Below are positions 46,892 through 55,904 of a DNA stretch of 64,000 bases, piece after piece (position 1 is the stretch's first letter; each line of letters opens with the position of its first letter). Source of the stretch: a virus. Position numbers and translations under genes: made by a program. Location: the IMG/VR virus record IMGVR_UViG_3300034101_003554, positions 64,001-128,000 of that record; one strand, given 5' to 3'. A model generated the notes under the pieces. That model was not told the DNA's origin. It searched no databases and saw only the letters and a list, made by a program, of their open reading frames with translations.

Positions 46892-48403
46892 TTATTGTGT
46901 AAATAAAATTTTATCTTTTAATTTCATTAAATTTTTCTTAATAAATGGCGTTAAAGTTTGATTAAAGTCATATTTAATCACTTTCATATTACCCTCAACA
47001 TATCTGGTTTTACTTTCGTAATGATAGGCGGTATGTGTTCCTACGTTATAATTTTCAAAACCTATAAGTAATAATTTTAGATTTAATTCAACATCTTCAA
47101 AACAATCAATATATTCCTCATTAAACATACCAATTTGTCTAAATGTATTTGTATTAATCATCATTAATCCCGCAGTATTTCCAATACACTTTGTAATATC
47201 TTTATTAAAATTATAATATGACCATCTATTACGATTAACAATAGTAAGTCCCATATTTGATAATTTAAGTCCAACTAAAATTCCATCGTGTTGAATAGTA
47301 TTGTCATCATAATGTAGTCTGCAACCAACAGTACCAACTTTTGGTTTAGTATTATAAACATTTAACATTCCACTAATAACATCAGAAGTAAGTTTAATAT
47401 CATTATTACTGAATAAAATATACTGATGTGTTTTATCTAAATGATTTTTAACAACATCATTGTTTATCTTTGCAAAATTATAATAATCATATTTGATTAA
47501 TTTTATATTATCCAAACTATTAACCAATTCTTCAATTACATTAATTTCTTCCTCAGTTGAACCAGTGTCAGCAATAAAGATATCAAATAATTTAGGATTA
47601 CAATATTCATAAAAAGAATCAATACATTGAATTAACAATTCTATATTACCCTTTGTTGGTATAATTACCCCAACTTTACCTTTTAATTTAACATCTTTAA
47701 TTTTGACTTTAGGAGTATAAATTGATGTTGGTTTTAAATCCAAAGGTAATACATCTTTATATTTTTCAACAAACTTAATTTTACTATCAAAGAATTCCTG
47801 ATTAGGTTGTCCCACAGATTCGTGAGTTATTTCAAATGAAGATGTGACCCCAATTTTAATTCCATCCAAATAGTTTGGAACACAAAATCCGTGGTCATAA
47901 AAATGGAATTTACCAATTGTTTCATCAAACTTATGTTTAATTTTTGTCTTATCAAATGATATAAATAACCCATCAATAGTAACAACAGGAATTATAAATG
48001 GAAGTTTTGGTGAATAGTTATTAATCCACTTCTTTTGTCCTTCAGGATGATGCCAAACTTGACCAACCATAGTTAAATTCATTCTCTCCCAATAAACTCC
48101 TGATTCAGGAAAATAACAAGAACCAGCCTTCCCAATTACCCCAAATTCGGAGTAATTGGAATAGTCCTCCAATAATTTTTTACCCCAATTTTTTTCAAGT
48201 TTAATATCATTATGACAACAAACAACGATGTCATATATTGATTCCGTTATTCCACTATTGTAAACTTCGGCCAAAGAATATTGATTATTATTTTGGTATT
48301 CCAATATCTGAACGTCATTAAGACCCACACTAGTTTGAAGGTGGGTCTTAAATTTTTCGTTATATTCTTTATCTTTGTGTGTTGAGTAAATTATTGTTAT
48401 CAT
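46892..48403 (-). CDS. Two-domain GT-A glycosyltransferase
   Basis: Domain 1 YNSGI…CCHNDI…FHFYD; domain 2 VIIPTK, ADTGS, FSNNDI, FEDVEL. Confidence 0.88.
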   Translation of the reverse strand: MITIIYSTHKDKEYNEKFKTHLQTSVGLNDVQILEYQNNNQYSLAEVYNSGITESIYDIVVCCHNDIKLEKNWGKKLLEDYSNYSEFGVIGKAGSCYFPESGVYWERMNLTMVGQVWHHPEGQKKWINNYSPKLPFIIPVVTIDGLFISFDKTKIKHKFDETIGKFHFYDHGFCVPNYLDGIKIGVTSSFEITHESVGQPNQEFFDSKIKFVEKYKDVLPLDLKPTSIYTPKVKIKDVKLKGKVGVIIPTKGNIELLIQCIDSFYEYCNPKLFDIFIADTGSTEEEINVIEELVNSLDNIKLIKYDYYNFAKINNDVVKNHLDKTHQYILFSNNDIKLTSDVISGMLNVYNTKPKVGTVGCRLHYDDNTIQHDGILVGLKLSNMGLTIVNRNRWSYYNFNKDITKCIGNTAGLMMINTNTFRQIGMFNEEYIDCFEDVELNLKLLLIGFENYNVGTHTAYHYESKTRYVEGNMKVIKYDFNQTLTPFIKKNLMKLKDKILFTQ

Positions 48404-48990
48404 ATTCCAGTTGAGCCAAATCCATTTGAGTTTCTATCTTTATCTTCAATATTTGAAACTTCTTCAAAGTTAATCCATTTCCCATTAAGAACAGGACAAA
48501 CAACCGCTTGAGCAATTTTCATTCCTTTTGATATTTGATATGGATATTGATTTGTATTAAATATAATAACTTTTATCATACCATTATATCCACTATCAAT
48601 AGTTCCTGGAGAGTTTAAAACCATAAGACCTTCATTTATTGCCAAACCACTTTTTGTTCTAATTTGGATTTCATATCCATCTGATATGTCAAAATAAAGT
48701 CCAGTTGGAATTAAAGCCCTACCAAGAGGTTCAATTGTCATATCAATGGTTGAATACAAATCAAACCCTGAATCTGTTGGGTAATTATAAATGGGGTGAT
48801 TAATTGCTATATCGTCACGTTTAAATCTCAATAATAGTCTAGGGTCAGGATTCATCATTTTATCTTCTAATTCCTGTAAATCCAATCCAGCTTCATTAAA
48901 CAATCTATCTAAGTCAATTTCACCATTTTCGTCAGTGTTTAAGTTTCCTTGTAGTTTTTTTATATTTCCATATAATTCAAATAAATCCAT
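48400..48990 (-). CDS. dut: Trimeric dUTPase with N-terminal extension
   Basis: SGFDL, QIRTKSGLA, NSPGTIDSGYNG, KIAQ, RNSNGFGSTG. Confidence 0.93.
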   Translation of the reverse strand: MDLFELYGNIKKLQGNLNTDENGEIDLDRLFNEAGLDLQELEDKMMNPDPRLLLRFKRDDIAINHPIYNYPTDSGFDLYSTIDMTIEPLGRALIPTGLYFDISDGYEIQIRTKSGLAINEGLMVLNSPGTIDSGYNGMIKVIIFNTNQYPYQISKGMKIAQAVVCPVLNGKWINFEEVSNIEDKDRNSNGFGSTGI

Positions 48991-48991
48991 A

Positions 48992-49702
48992 CTATTTCAA
49001 TTCTTTTAATTTTTTAATTATTTCTATTAATACATTTACATCTTTTTCACAATATTCTTTTATTCCTTCCAAGTTTTGTTTTTCCCAATATTCATTATGA
49101 ACATTCTGACCAATTACTTCACCATTCTTTGGTGTCTCAACTCCAATATTTGAACATAACAAATCCAAAGAACCAATAGATGTATAAGCACCATATTGCC
49201 AAATTTCTTTGGTATCAATGGCTTTTATTTCCCAAGGTTTGGTATCATAAGAAGGTAATATTGATGGTGGCATTAAACCATTGATAATCATACGTTTTGC
49301 CAACATTGGAATGTCAAAATTTTTGAGGTTATGACCACACAACCAAAAATCAAGTTTCCCACATTTAATTAATAATTTTTGAACATCTAACAAAAGTTTA
49401 TGTTCGTCATTACCATAAAATGTTTGTTTTCTAACTGATTCATCATCCAAGACAAATGCAAAACTTATACAGATAATTTTAGCAAACTCAGGTACAAGTC
49501 CAGTTCTTGTTCTAAAGACATCATTTTTTTTGTCGTATTGAATATGAGAATCTTCAGGAAATCTTTTTAAGAACCAATCAAAATATTTATCAAATTGGTC
49601 AGCAACAGATGGATTCAATGTTGAACATACATCATAGTTTGGACAACACCCAACGGTTTCAATGTCCATAAAAAGAATCTTAGTTATTGGTTGTTTAATC
49701 AT
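48992..49702 (-). CDS. 3'-5' exonuclease (PolB exonuclease-like, DEDD)
   Basis: FMDIETV, GHNLKNFDIP, YCEKDV. Confidence 0.88.
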   Translation of the reverse strand: MIKQPITKILFMDIETVGCCPNYDVCSTLNPSVADQFDKYFDWFLKRFPEDSHIQYDKKNDVFRTRTGLVPEFAKIICISFAFVLDDESVRKQTFYGNDEHKLLLDVQKLLIKCGKLDFWLCGHNLKNFDIPMLAKRMIINGLMPPSILPSYDTKPWEIKAIDTKEIWQYGAYTSIGSLDLLCSNIGVETPKNGEVIGQNVHNEYWEKQNLEGIKEYCEKDVNVLIEIIKKLKELK

Positions 49703-49706
49703 AATT

Positions 49707-50921
49707 TTATTTTATTAATGTTTTGTACCATTCAGCTCTAGTCTTAGTTACATTTCTTAAATCGTACTTGTCTTTAACACTCTCGTACAATCTTTCCCCA
49801 AGGTCGGTAATATAATTGGGATTATAAACTAAAGTCTTAATATATTTTGCCCAATCACTATGATTTCTATTTTCATGAACCAAAAGAGCATTACCATCAC
49901 CAAAAATACCATTTTTCATTGTATGTTTCAAATCAATAGTGTAAGGACCTACTTCAGATGCAATTAAAGCTTTTTTATAAAATCCAGCCTCAATAACTTT
50001 TAATTGTGACTTAACCCTATTAAAAATATGGTTTTTAATTGGGGCCATTGAAATATCAAACTTGGAATAATTTGTTGCGTAAGTATTAATATGTTTTGTC
50101 CAAACACGTCTATAAGGTAATGCTGTTGGATTTGGATATTCTTCATCTTTAAATTGATTTAAAAAGTTTTTATAACCTTCGTCAATAATTGAATAATTGT
50201 TTGTGAAAATTTCTTCATATCTAACCCATACAGTTTCTTCAGGTTTAATTGGCCTTTGTTTTCTTTCCCCAGTTGTTTGGTTTATTTCAGTCACCGAACC
50301 TCTAATATCAAAACCACATAAGACATATTGAACTTTGTCTTTCAAATTTGCATTCTTACCAACAAATCCCTCCAATAACTTTAAGTCGTGAAGATGTGAA
50401 GAACCACCTAACCATCCAACTCTAACTCTTCCAGATTCTTCTGTAGGTTGATTAAATTGGGGTTCGGTAGGGTTAATTGCATTAGGTAATACCACAACAT
50501 TCCTATTTAATTTTCTTATCTCATCCGCAAAGATACTTGTAGTTGTTGTAACATAACTTGCGACTTTTAAGTTCGCCATAATCTTTTCGTGTATCTTATC
50601 TTGAACAATCAATGAATGTATTGGGTGTTCTTTTCCAGGTAGCCAATAATCATCCAAATCTACAATAACAACAATACCAAGTGATTTTAAAAAATTAATT
50701 AAGGTTGGGGTCTGTTCATAAGTGTGTCCAATATTTCTATGAATATGAACAATTTGATATTGTTTCCAATAATTAACATTATTAATCTGTGGTTGATAAT
50801 CTATATCCACATGAAAGTCATCTGGATACATATTTTGTAACATAACATGGGGATCTACAGAACGAAATTTTCCTACACCGGTTGTGTCACTTGGGAGTAC
50901 AAGTACTTTTATTTTTGACAT
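49707..50921 (-). CDS. Glycosyltransferase, GT-B
   Basis: DLDDYW, VLPNAI, VGWLGGSSH, DISMAP…FNRVKSQLKVIEAG. Confidence 0.85.
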   Translation of the reverse strand: MSKIKVLVLPSDTTGVGKFRSVDPHVMLQNMYPDDFHVDIDYQPQINNVNYWKQYQIVHIHRNIGHTYEQTPTLINFLKSLGIVVIVDLDDYWLPGKEHPIHSLIVQDKIHEKIMANLKVASYVTTTTSIFADEIRKLNRNVVVLPNAINPTEPQFNQPTEESGRVRVGWLGGSSHLHDLKLLEGFVGKNANLKDKVQYVLCGFDIRGSVTEINQTTGERKQRPIKPEETVWVRYEEIFTNNYSIIDEGYKNFLNQFKDEEYPNPTALPYRRVWTKHINTYATNYSKFDISMAPIKNHIFNRVKSQLKVIEAGFYKKALIASEVGPYTIDLKHTMKNGIFGDGNALLVHENRNHSDWAKYIKTLVYNPNYITDLGERLYESVKDKYDLRNVTKTRAEWYKTLIK

Positions 50922-50942
50922 ATTTTATATTATTTATCCCAA

Positions 50943-50971
50943 ATTATAACCATAACTTTTTATTAATTCAA
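50943..50971 (-). promoter_or_regulatory. sigma70-like promoter heading the glycosylation operon
   Basis: TTGAAT-N17-TATAAT, 21 nt before the start codon. Confidence 0.55.
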
Positions 50972-50983
50972 TAGAATTGGAAT

Positions 50984-51030
50984 AAAAAAACGAAACCCCA
51001 CACTTTGAATTTCTTCAGGGAATGTGGGGA
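50984..51030 (-). terminator. Intrinsic terminator separating late genes from the glycosylation operon
   Basis: CCCCACATT…TGAA-GAAA-TTCA…AGTGTGGGG then TTTCGTTTTTTT. Confidence 0.7.
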
Positions 51031-51054
51031 ATAAGAATTTTAAATTTATAAAAT

Positions 51055-51675
51055 CTATTTAACTTTTTTAATACGAGTTACTTTACCTTCAAATATATGA
51101 CTACCTACTCTAAATTGAAATACATCATTTGATTTACTTGTACTTTCAACTAGTAACCCATTTTCACCTAACACTTCCTCAATAGTTTCTCTAATCATAT
51201 CTTTCAATGTATTCTTATCAACATTTAAACCAGTATTTTGAGGTTTTGTATATTCTTGGATTGGTTGTTTTTGTTTTTTAAATGGGTCAACATTATTAGC
51301 GACATCATTTTTCATTAACCTTGATGCTTTTTCAATTAAATCATTACTTAATACTGAAGAACCACCCATACTTGTTGGTTGAGCTATTGGGTGTTCAATC
51401 ATTAAACGTTTAATTTCATCAGGTAATTTTGATGCCATTATTCTATCCTTAGTTGGAACTTCATTATTTTGTCTAATTGGTGTTTGAGCTTCCATCATAT
51501 ATTCTTGAGGAATATTAAATTTTGCTTGAGGTACGTCAAACTCTTTAACATCAGTATCGTAATTATACGTTTGTTGGTTTGTATTTCTTGGTGTGGCGTT
51601 ATGTCTATCCATAATTTTTTTGGATATTGCCAATTTATTTAATAAATCATTTTCATTCATATTATTCTGTATCAA
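51055..51675 (-). CDS. Hypothetical protein
   Basis: 206-aa ORF; SKLPDEIKRLMIEHPI. Confidence 0.75.
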   Translation of the reverse strand: MIQNNMNENDLLNKLAISKKIMDRHNATPRNTNQQTYNYDTDVKEFDVPQAKFNIPQEYMMEAQTPIRQNNEVPTKDRIMASKLPDEIKRLMIEHPIAQPTSMGGSSVLSNDLIEKASRLMKNDVANNVDPFKKQKQPIQEYTKPQNTGLNVDKNTLKDMIRETIEEVLGENGLLVESTSKSNDVFQFRVGSHIFEGKVTRIKKVK

Positions 51676-52051
51676 ATTTTGCGTTTATTTCTACCCTAGA
51701 CATAGATTTATCACCATTAGGGTTATAATTTGGTCTTGGGGTGTTAAATTTTTCACCTGTTAAAGATATTGAATTTACTCTATCAAGTCTAAATAATCTC
51801 CAACTAGGTAGTGGTTTTTTTCCAATAAAATCTCTATGTGATGCTCCAGTTATATCCCAAGCACGTAGTACGGGATTTCCAGCTTTACTATAACCAAAAC
51901 AAACAGGCTCAATTTCACGTAAACCACGTCCTCCAGGTTCATCACCATCGTAATAAATGACAAGAACATTTTTAGACTTAATAGCATCAATCACACTTTC
52001 AATAGATGCTATTTCTAAGATAAGAGATTTGGTTATATTGTAAAGTTTCAT
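51662..52051 (-). CDS. Stand-alone WYL-domain protein
   Basis: IYY…REIEPVCFG…VLRAW…WRLFRLDRV. Confidence 0.8.
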   Translation of the reverse strand: MKLYNITKSLILEIASIESVIDAIKSKNVLVIYYDGDEPGGRGLREIEPVCFGYSKAGNPVLRAWDITGASHRDFIGKKPLPSWRLFRLDRVNSISLTGEKFNTPRPNYNPNGDKSMSRVEINAKFDTE

Positions 52052-52347
52052 TAAGCACTTGGTGTTGTGTAAGGTGAATTTGGTTTGTATGGATTTCTAA
52101 CAATATTAGAATTTCTTTCTAAGATATCTTTAGATGACCCAGCATTTCTATTGTTCACGTCTAAATCTCCACCAGTTCCTTTACCATATAAATCCCCATC
52201 ACCTATTGCGTCTGGGTTTGTTGCCGAATATTCATTAGCGTTACTTTTGTAATCATTTCTAGTATTTAATGTATTTCTTTGACTATTGGCAATTTCGGTT
52301 AATTTATTATTTGGTTGTGTAATAATTAATGGATCGTAAGTTGGCAT
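52051..52347 (-). CDS. Hypothetical virion protein
   Basis: 98-aa N/G/D-rich ORF in the late operon. Confidence 0.7.
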   Translation of the reverse strand: MPTYDPLIITQPNNKLTEIANSQRNTLNTRNDYKSNANEYSATNPDAIGDGDLYGKGTGGDLDVNNRNAGSSKDILERNSNIVRNPYKPNSPYTTPSA

Positions 52348-52348
52348 A

Positions 52349-52819
52349 TTAAAGTATTTTTTTAATTATTTCATTTATCCTTTTTAAGTCTTCGGTGACT
52401 TGTAAATTATATTTTTCTAATGTATTGCTATGACTTTTTGATGGTCTATTCATATTTGATAAGTTATCTTTTTGATGTGGTGCGTTGTATTGATTAGGTA
52501 AAACAATCGATTTTATTTCTTTACCTAAATCTACATTATTTCTCATTGAATTTAAATTTTGGTTAACCCAATTTTTAACATAATGCCCACCATTAAGAAT
52601 AAATGGTAAATCGTTATCATTTCCTGTAAAATTATCAAAAAAATTTTTCATTCTTTTGAGTTGTTGATACGTTACGTGTCTACTATTTCTTAATTCAATG
52701 TTTCGTCTGTACCCTTCAGTTTTATCATTACTACCTTGGGCGGCATCATAACATTGTTTTAAGTAGCCAACAACTTCTTCAGGGAGCTCAATTTTTTTAC
52801 CGTATAAATCTTTATTCAC
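52349..52819 (-). CDS. Hypothetical head-associated protein
   Basis: Ends VTEDLKRINEIIKKIL. Confidence 0.7.
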   Translation of the reverse strand: MNKDLYGKKIELPEEVVGYLKQCYDAAQGSNDKTEGYRRNIELRNSRHVTYQQLKRMKNFFDNFTGNDNDLPFILNGGHYVKNWVNQNLNSMRNNVDLGKEIKSIVLPNQYNAPHQKDNLSNMNRPSKSHSNTLEKYNLQVTEDLKRINEIIKKIL

Positions 52820-53627
52820 CTTTTTTTAGTATGTTTAATAATTTATCTATACTAATACCTTCTTTCTCGGCCAATTTTTTAATAGATTCCAAATTCTTTA
52901 CAAGAAGTTTACTGATAGGTGTATCTTTTTTTAATATATCGGATTCACCTCTTTTTTTGGTTAACATATCCTCAACCATTTTTATCATTTTTTGTTTTTT
53001 AGCCTCTTGTAATTCTTTCTCAAAAAGATTTAAATTTTTAACTATTGTTTCACCTTTTTTGTTTTTAACAACTTTAGTACTTTTTTTCTTACCAAAATTT
53101 TTAGCTCTTTCCATTCTATTTTCAGAGTCATCAATTCCCATTTTATCTAAAGTTTTTAATGTATCTTTTAAATCTTTAAATTCAGTTTCTTCGTAACCGA
53201 AAGTTTTTTTCATATTAATTTCTTTTAAGTTATCATCATCTTCAATGTTTTCACCATAAAGTCTACGTCCACCACCATATATAAATGTAAGTCCTGGAGT
53301 TCTTGTCGCTTTAATGGTTTGATCCATTGTTTTTTTGGGTGTTAACCATTTATTTAATATTGGTATCCTTGACGATAGAAATGTCCCATCACTATCAACA
53401 AGTTCATCAATTTCACTTTTTGTAACTTTTTTGTTTTTATTTAAAATACTTTGTATTTTTTTTTCTATATTTTTTAAATTTTCTTTCTTAATTCTTTTTT
53501 TGTTTTGACTATTTTTTGATTCTGATATTACACTATATAATGAGTAATTTAGATAAAAATTATCTCCATCACCTTCTAAAAGAAAATAACAATAATCGTT
53601 AAAGTATTCTTTTCTATAATTGTTCAT
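52812..53627 (-). CDS. Hypothetical head-associated protein
   Basis: First gene after the minus-strand GTATTTAT; LLE/ISE/LKE sites. Confidence 0.7.
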   Translation of the reverse strand: MNNYRKEYFNDYCYFLLEGDGDNFYLNYSLYSVISESKNSQNKKRIKKENLKNIEKKIQSILNKNKKVTKSEIDELVDSDGTFLSSRIPILNKWLTPKKTMDQTIKATRTPGLTFIYGGGRRLYGENIEDDDNLKEINMKKTFGYEETEFKDLKDTLKTLDKMGIDDSENRMERAKNFGKKKSTKVVKNKKGETIVKNLNLFEKELQEAKKQKMIKMVEDMLTKKRGESDILKKDTPISKLLVKNLESIKKLAEKEGISIDKLLNILKKGE

Positions 53628-53642
53628 TATTAATTTTTCTTA

Positions 53643-53669
53643 ATAAATACTTCGTTTCGGAGTATTTAT
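53643..53669. promoter_or_regulatory. Divergent pair of putative late promoters
   Basis: ATAAATACT-TCGTTTCGG-AGTATTTAT inverted repeat in the 54-bp gap between divergent operons. Confidence 0.65.
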
Positions 53670-53681
53670 CATAAAAAAAGA

Positions 53682-55892
53682 ATGTCCTATCAAAATATAA
53701 GACAATTTGTACCAAGAAATGATTTTCCAATATTATCGTTGGAAGTATTCGATATGTCATTAACCTCGGATGAAATGGATTTCAATCAAGAGGTTGTATT
53801 TTCCCCATATTTAATTGCTCAAACATATGGGAATAAGTTACCGATTTATTTTGATATCAATAGTACGGCATCAACACAAAATATAACTCTTACGTATAAA
53901 AACTATAATTTCAATAATATATTTGTATCTGAAAATTATTACAACCTAAAAAACGAAATATTAAGTTGTGAATTATCTGGTAGTTCTTGTGATATTGGAT
54001 TAGTTGGGATTGATAATGGTTTAGTAACTGGAATGACAGGGCAAACAATTATTTTTACTAATGGTTTATTACCAAATAATTTAAAATTTAATAGATTGTA
54101 TTTTGATAGAAGATTGAAATTACATCAAGTAACTGGATTTACATCATCTAATATAAAATTTTCAGGTTTTAATAAAACAATTTTGTATGAGGTTGTAAGT
54201 AAAGAAAGTCCTTTTGAGGGTAGATATCACGAACTATATGGTGGATTTTACCAAGGGTTCTATAAGTTATTTGGATATGATTATGAAATTTTCCCTGAAA
54301 GGATGAATAAAGGTTGGTCAGTTGAAATGGTTTTAAAACCAAGATTGATTAATGAATACAACCCAAATAGTGGGGAGACTACCTTAAATCAAATCTATCC
54401 CAATAATAAAAATATGTTCTTTTACATTGGTACTAGAGCGGAGAATAAATTTTATCATCACGCTGATGGTAGTCCAAATTGTTTTACTGGTTATACTAGA
54501 ATTACATCAGGATTGACTGGGTTATCAACTTGTGCTTGTTGTGATGAAAACATTAAAAGTAGATGTATCTTTGTATATCCACCACGTTCAGTAAATGGTA
54601 TACACGACCCGCATCTTAATTATGGTTGTAATAAGTGTGGAGGTAATAAAGAAACACAGATAACTTGTGGTTGTAGTTGTAATGATTTACCTTGTCAGAA
54701 TTGTGGTTGGGAATGTAAAACACATACTTGTGGTACAATAATTCCATTAACACCAACTCCAACACCTGAACCAACACCAACTCCAGTTTGTAACCCATTC
54801 CCACCTCAAACGACTTGTACACCAACTTGCACGAATTGTAATGATTGTACAAGTTGTGATGATTGTGCGACAAGTGGGTTTACATCAATTGAAGATACTT
54901 GTGAGAAGAATCCATTATTGGATACGATGAGTAATGCTTTGGGTATCAAACTATGTGGTGACCCAAAAAATCCTGGTATTGGTATTAGATTTTTAAGATT
55001 TACTGGTGGTTGTGAAATGACTGGAACTTGTACAACAGGGATGACTTATGAAACAGGCTATACAATAACTGAGATATGTACACCACCAATTTATCCTGAT
55101 TGTGAAAAAATAAATCCAGCTTGGTTAGAAGAAGAGCATTGGTTTCAAGTTAATATTGTCTGGGAACGATATGAATTTTTCAAAGATTGTGATTTATCTT
55201 TTAAAGGTGGATTAGGTGAAATAACTGAAAGAAAATATTTGGAATCTTTGGCTAATAATACAACATCGTTGATTGCCCCACCATATACAAGAGACAAAGT
55301 TGGTTTACAAGTTGATATTATCAATTTGAATGAGATATGGTTACAAGAAGAGAAATATAGAAAGGGTAGATTAAAGATTTATATCAATGGTAAAATATTT
55401 TATACGATTGAAGATTTTGAAGAGATTATACCTAGAGGATTAAATACAGATAAAGAAAAACAAGTCGGTGTTCCGTTTAATATTTCTTGGGGTGGAGGTA
55501 CTCAAGGGTTAAGAGAAAATTTAACCTTTACTGATATGTTAGGTACAGGTTATACTCAAGACCCAGAATGTTTTCCAACTAATGATTTGAGTGGTACTAC
55601 TTTAAGTGGATTAAATACAAACATATTAATTGAACAAAATTTTGCTGGAACATTTGAGGGTGGTATATCTCAATTTAGAATGTATGTTGAACCACTAACA
55701 GCACCAGAGGTTAAACATAATTTTATTTTATTAAAAAATACATTTAGGATGTTTAATCCTGATTGTCCTGATTGTACAACAATTCCTTGTGAAGTTAATG
55801 ATTTCACATACCAAATTATTAATAATAATATATTAACAGAAAATGGTAATAATATAATAACAGAAGATGGAAACAATATAATTATAGAATAA
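53682..55892 (+). CDS. Structural protein, LamG/ConA-like fold with Cys-rich and Pro-Thr insertions
   Basis: GWSVEMVLKP, LKIYINGK, FEGGISQFRMY…LT…EV; many CxxC; PTPTPEPTPTP. Confidence 0.6.
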   Translation: MSYQNIRQFVPRNDFPILSLEVFDMSLTSDEMDFNQEVVFSPYLIAQTYGNKLPIYFDINSTASTQNITLTYKNYNFNNIFVSENYYNLKNEILSCELSGSSCDIGLVGIDNGLVTGMTGQTIIFTNGLLPNNLKFNRLYFDRRLKLHQVTGFTSSNIKFSGFNKTILYEVVSKESPFEGRYHELYGGFYQGFYKLFGYDYEIFPERMNKGWSVEMVLKPRLINEYNPNSGETTLNQIYPNNKNMFFYIGTRAENKFYHHADGSPNCFTGYTRITSGLTGLSTCACCDENIKSRCIFVYPPRSVNGIHDPHLNYGCNKCGGNKETQITCGCSCNDLPCQNCGWECKTHTCGTIIPLTPTPTPEPTPTPVCNPFPPQTTCTPTCTNCNDCTSCDDCATSGFTSIEDTCEKNPLLDTMSNALGIKLCGDPKNPGIGIRFLRFTGGCEMTGTCTTGMTYETGYTITEICTPPIYPDCEKINPAWLEEEHWFQVNIVWERYEFFKDCDLSFKGGLGEITERKYLESLANNTTSLIAPPYTRDKVGLQVDIINLNEIWLQEEKYRKGRLKIYINGKIFYTIEDFEEIIPRGLNTDKEKQVGVPFNISWGGGTQGLRENLTFTDMLGTGYTQDPECFPTNDLSGTTLSGLNTNILIEQNFAGTFEGGISQFRMYVEPLTAPEVKHNFILLKNTFRMFNPDCPDCTTIPCEVNDFTYQIINNNILTENGNNIITEDGNNIIIE

Positions 55893-55904
55893 AACAAATA
55901 CAAA

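Noticed and set aside
35375-50921. Bacterial O-antigen/capsule locus (host contamination or chimera)
   Set aside because: It has no wzx/wzy/wzm or initiating transferase and is continuous, with overlapping genes, with the phage sigma and baseplate genes.
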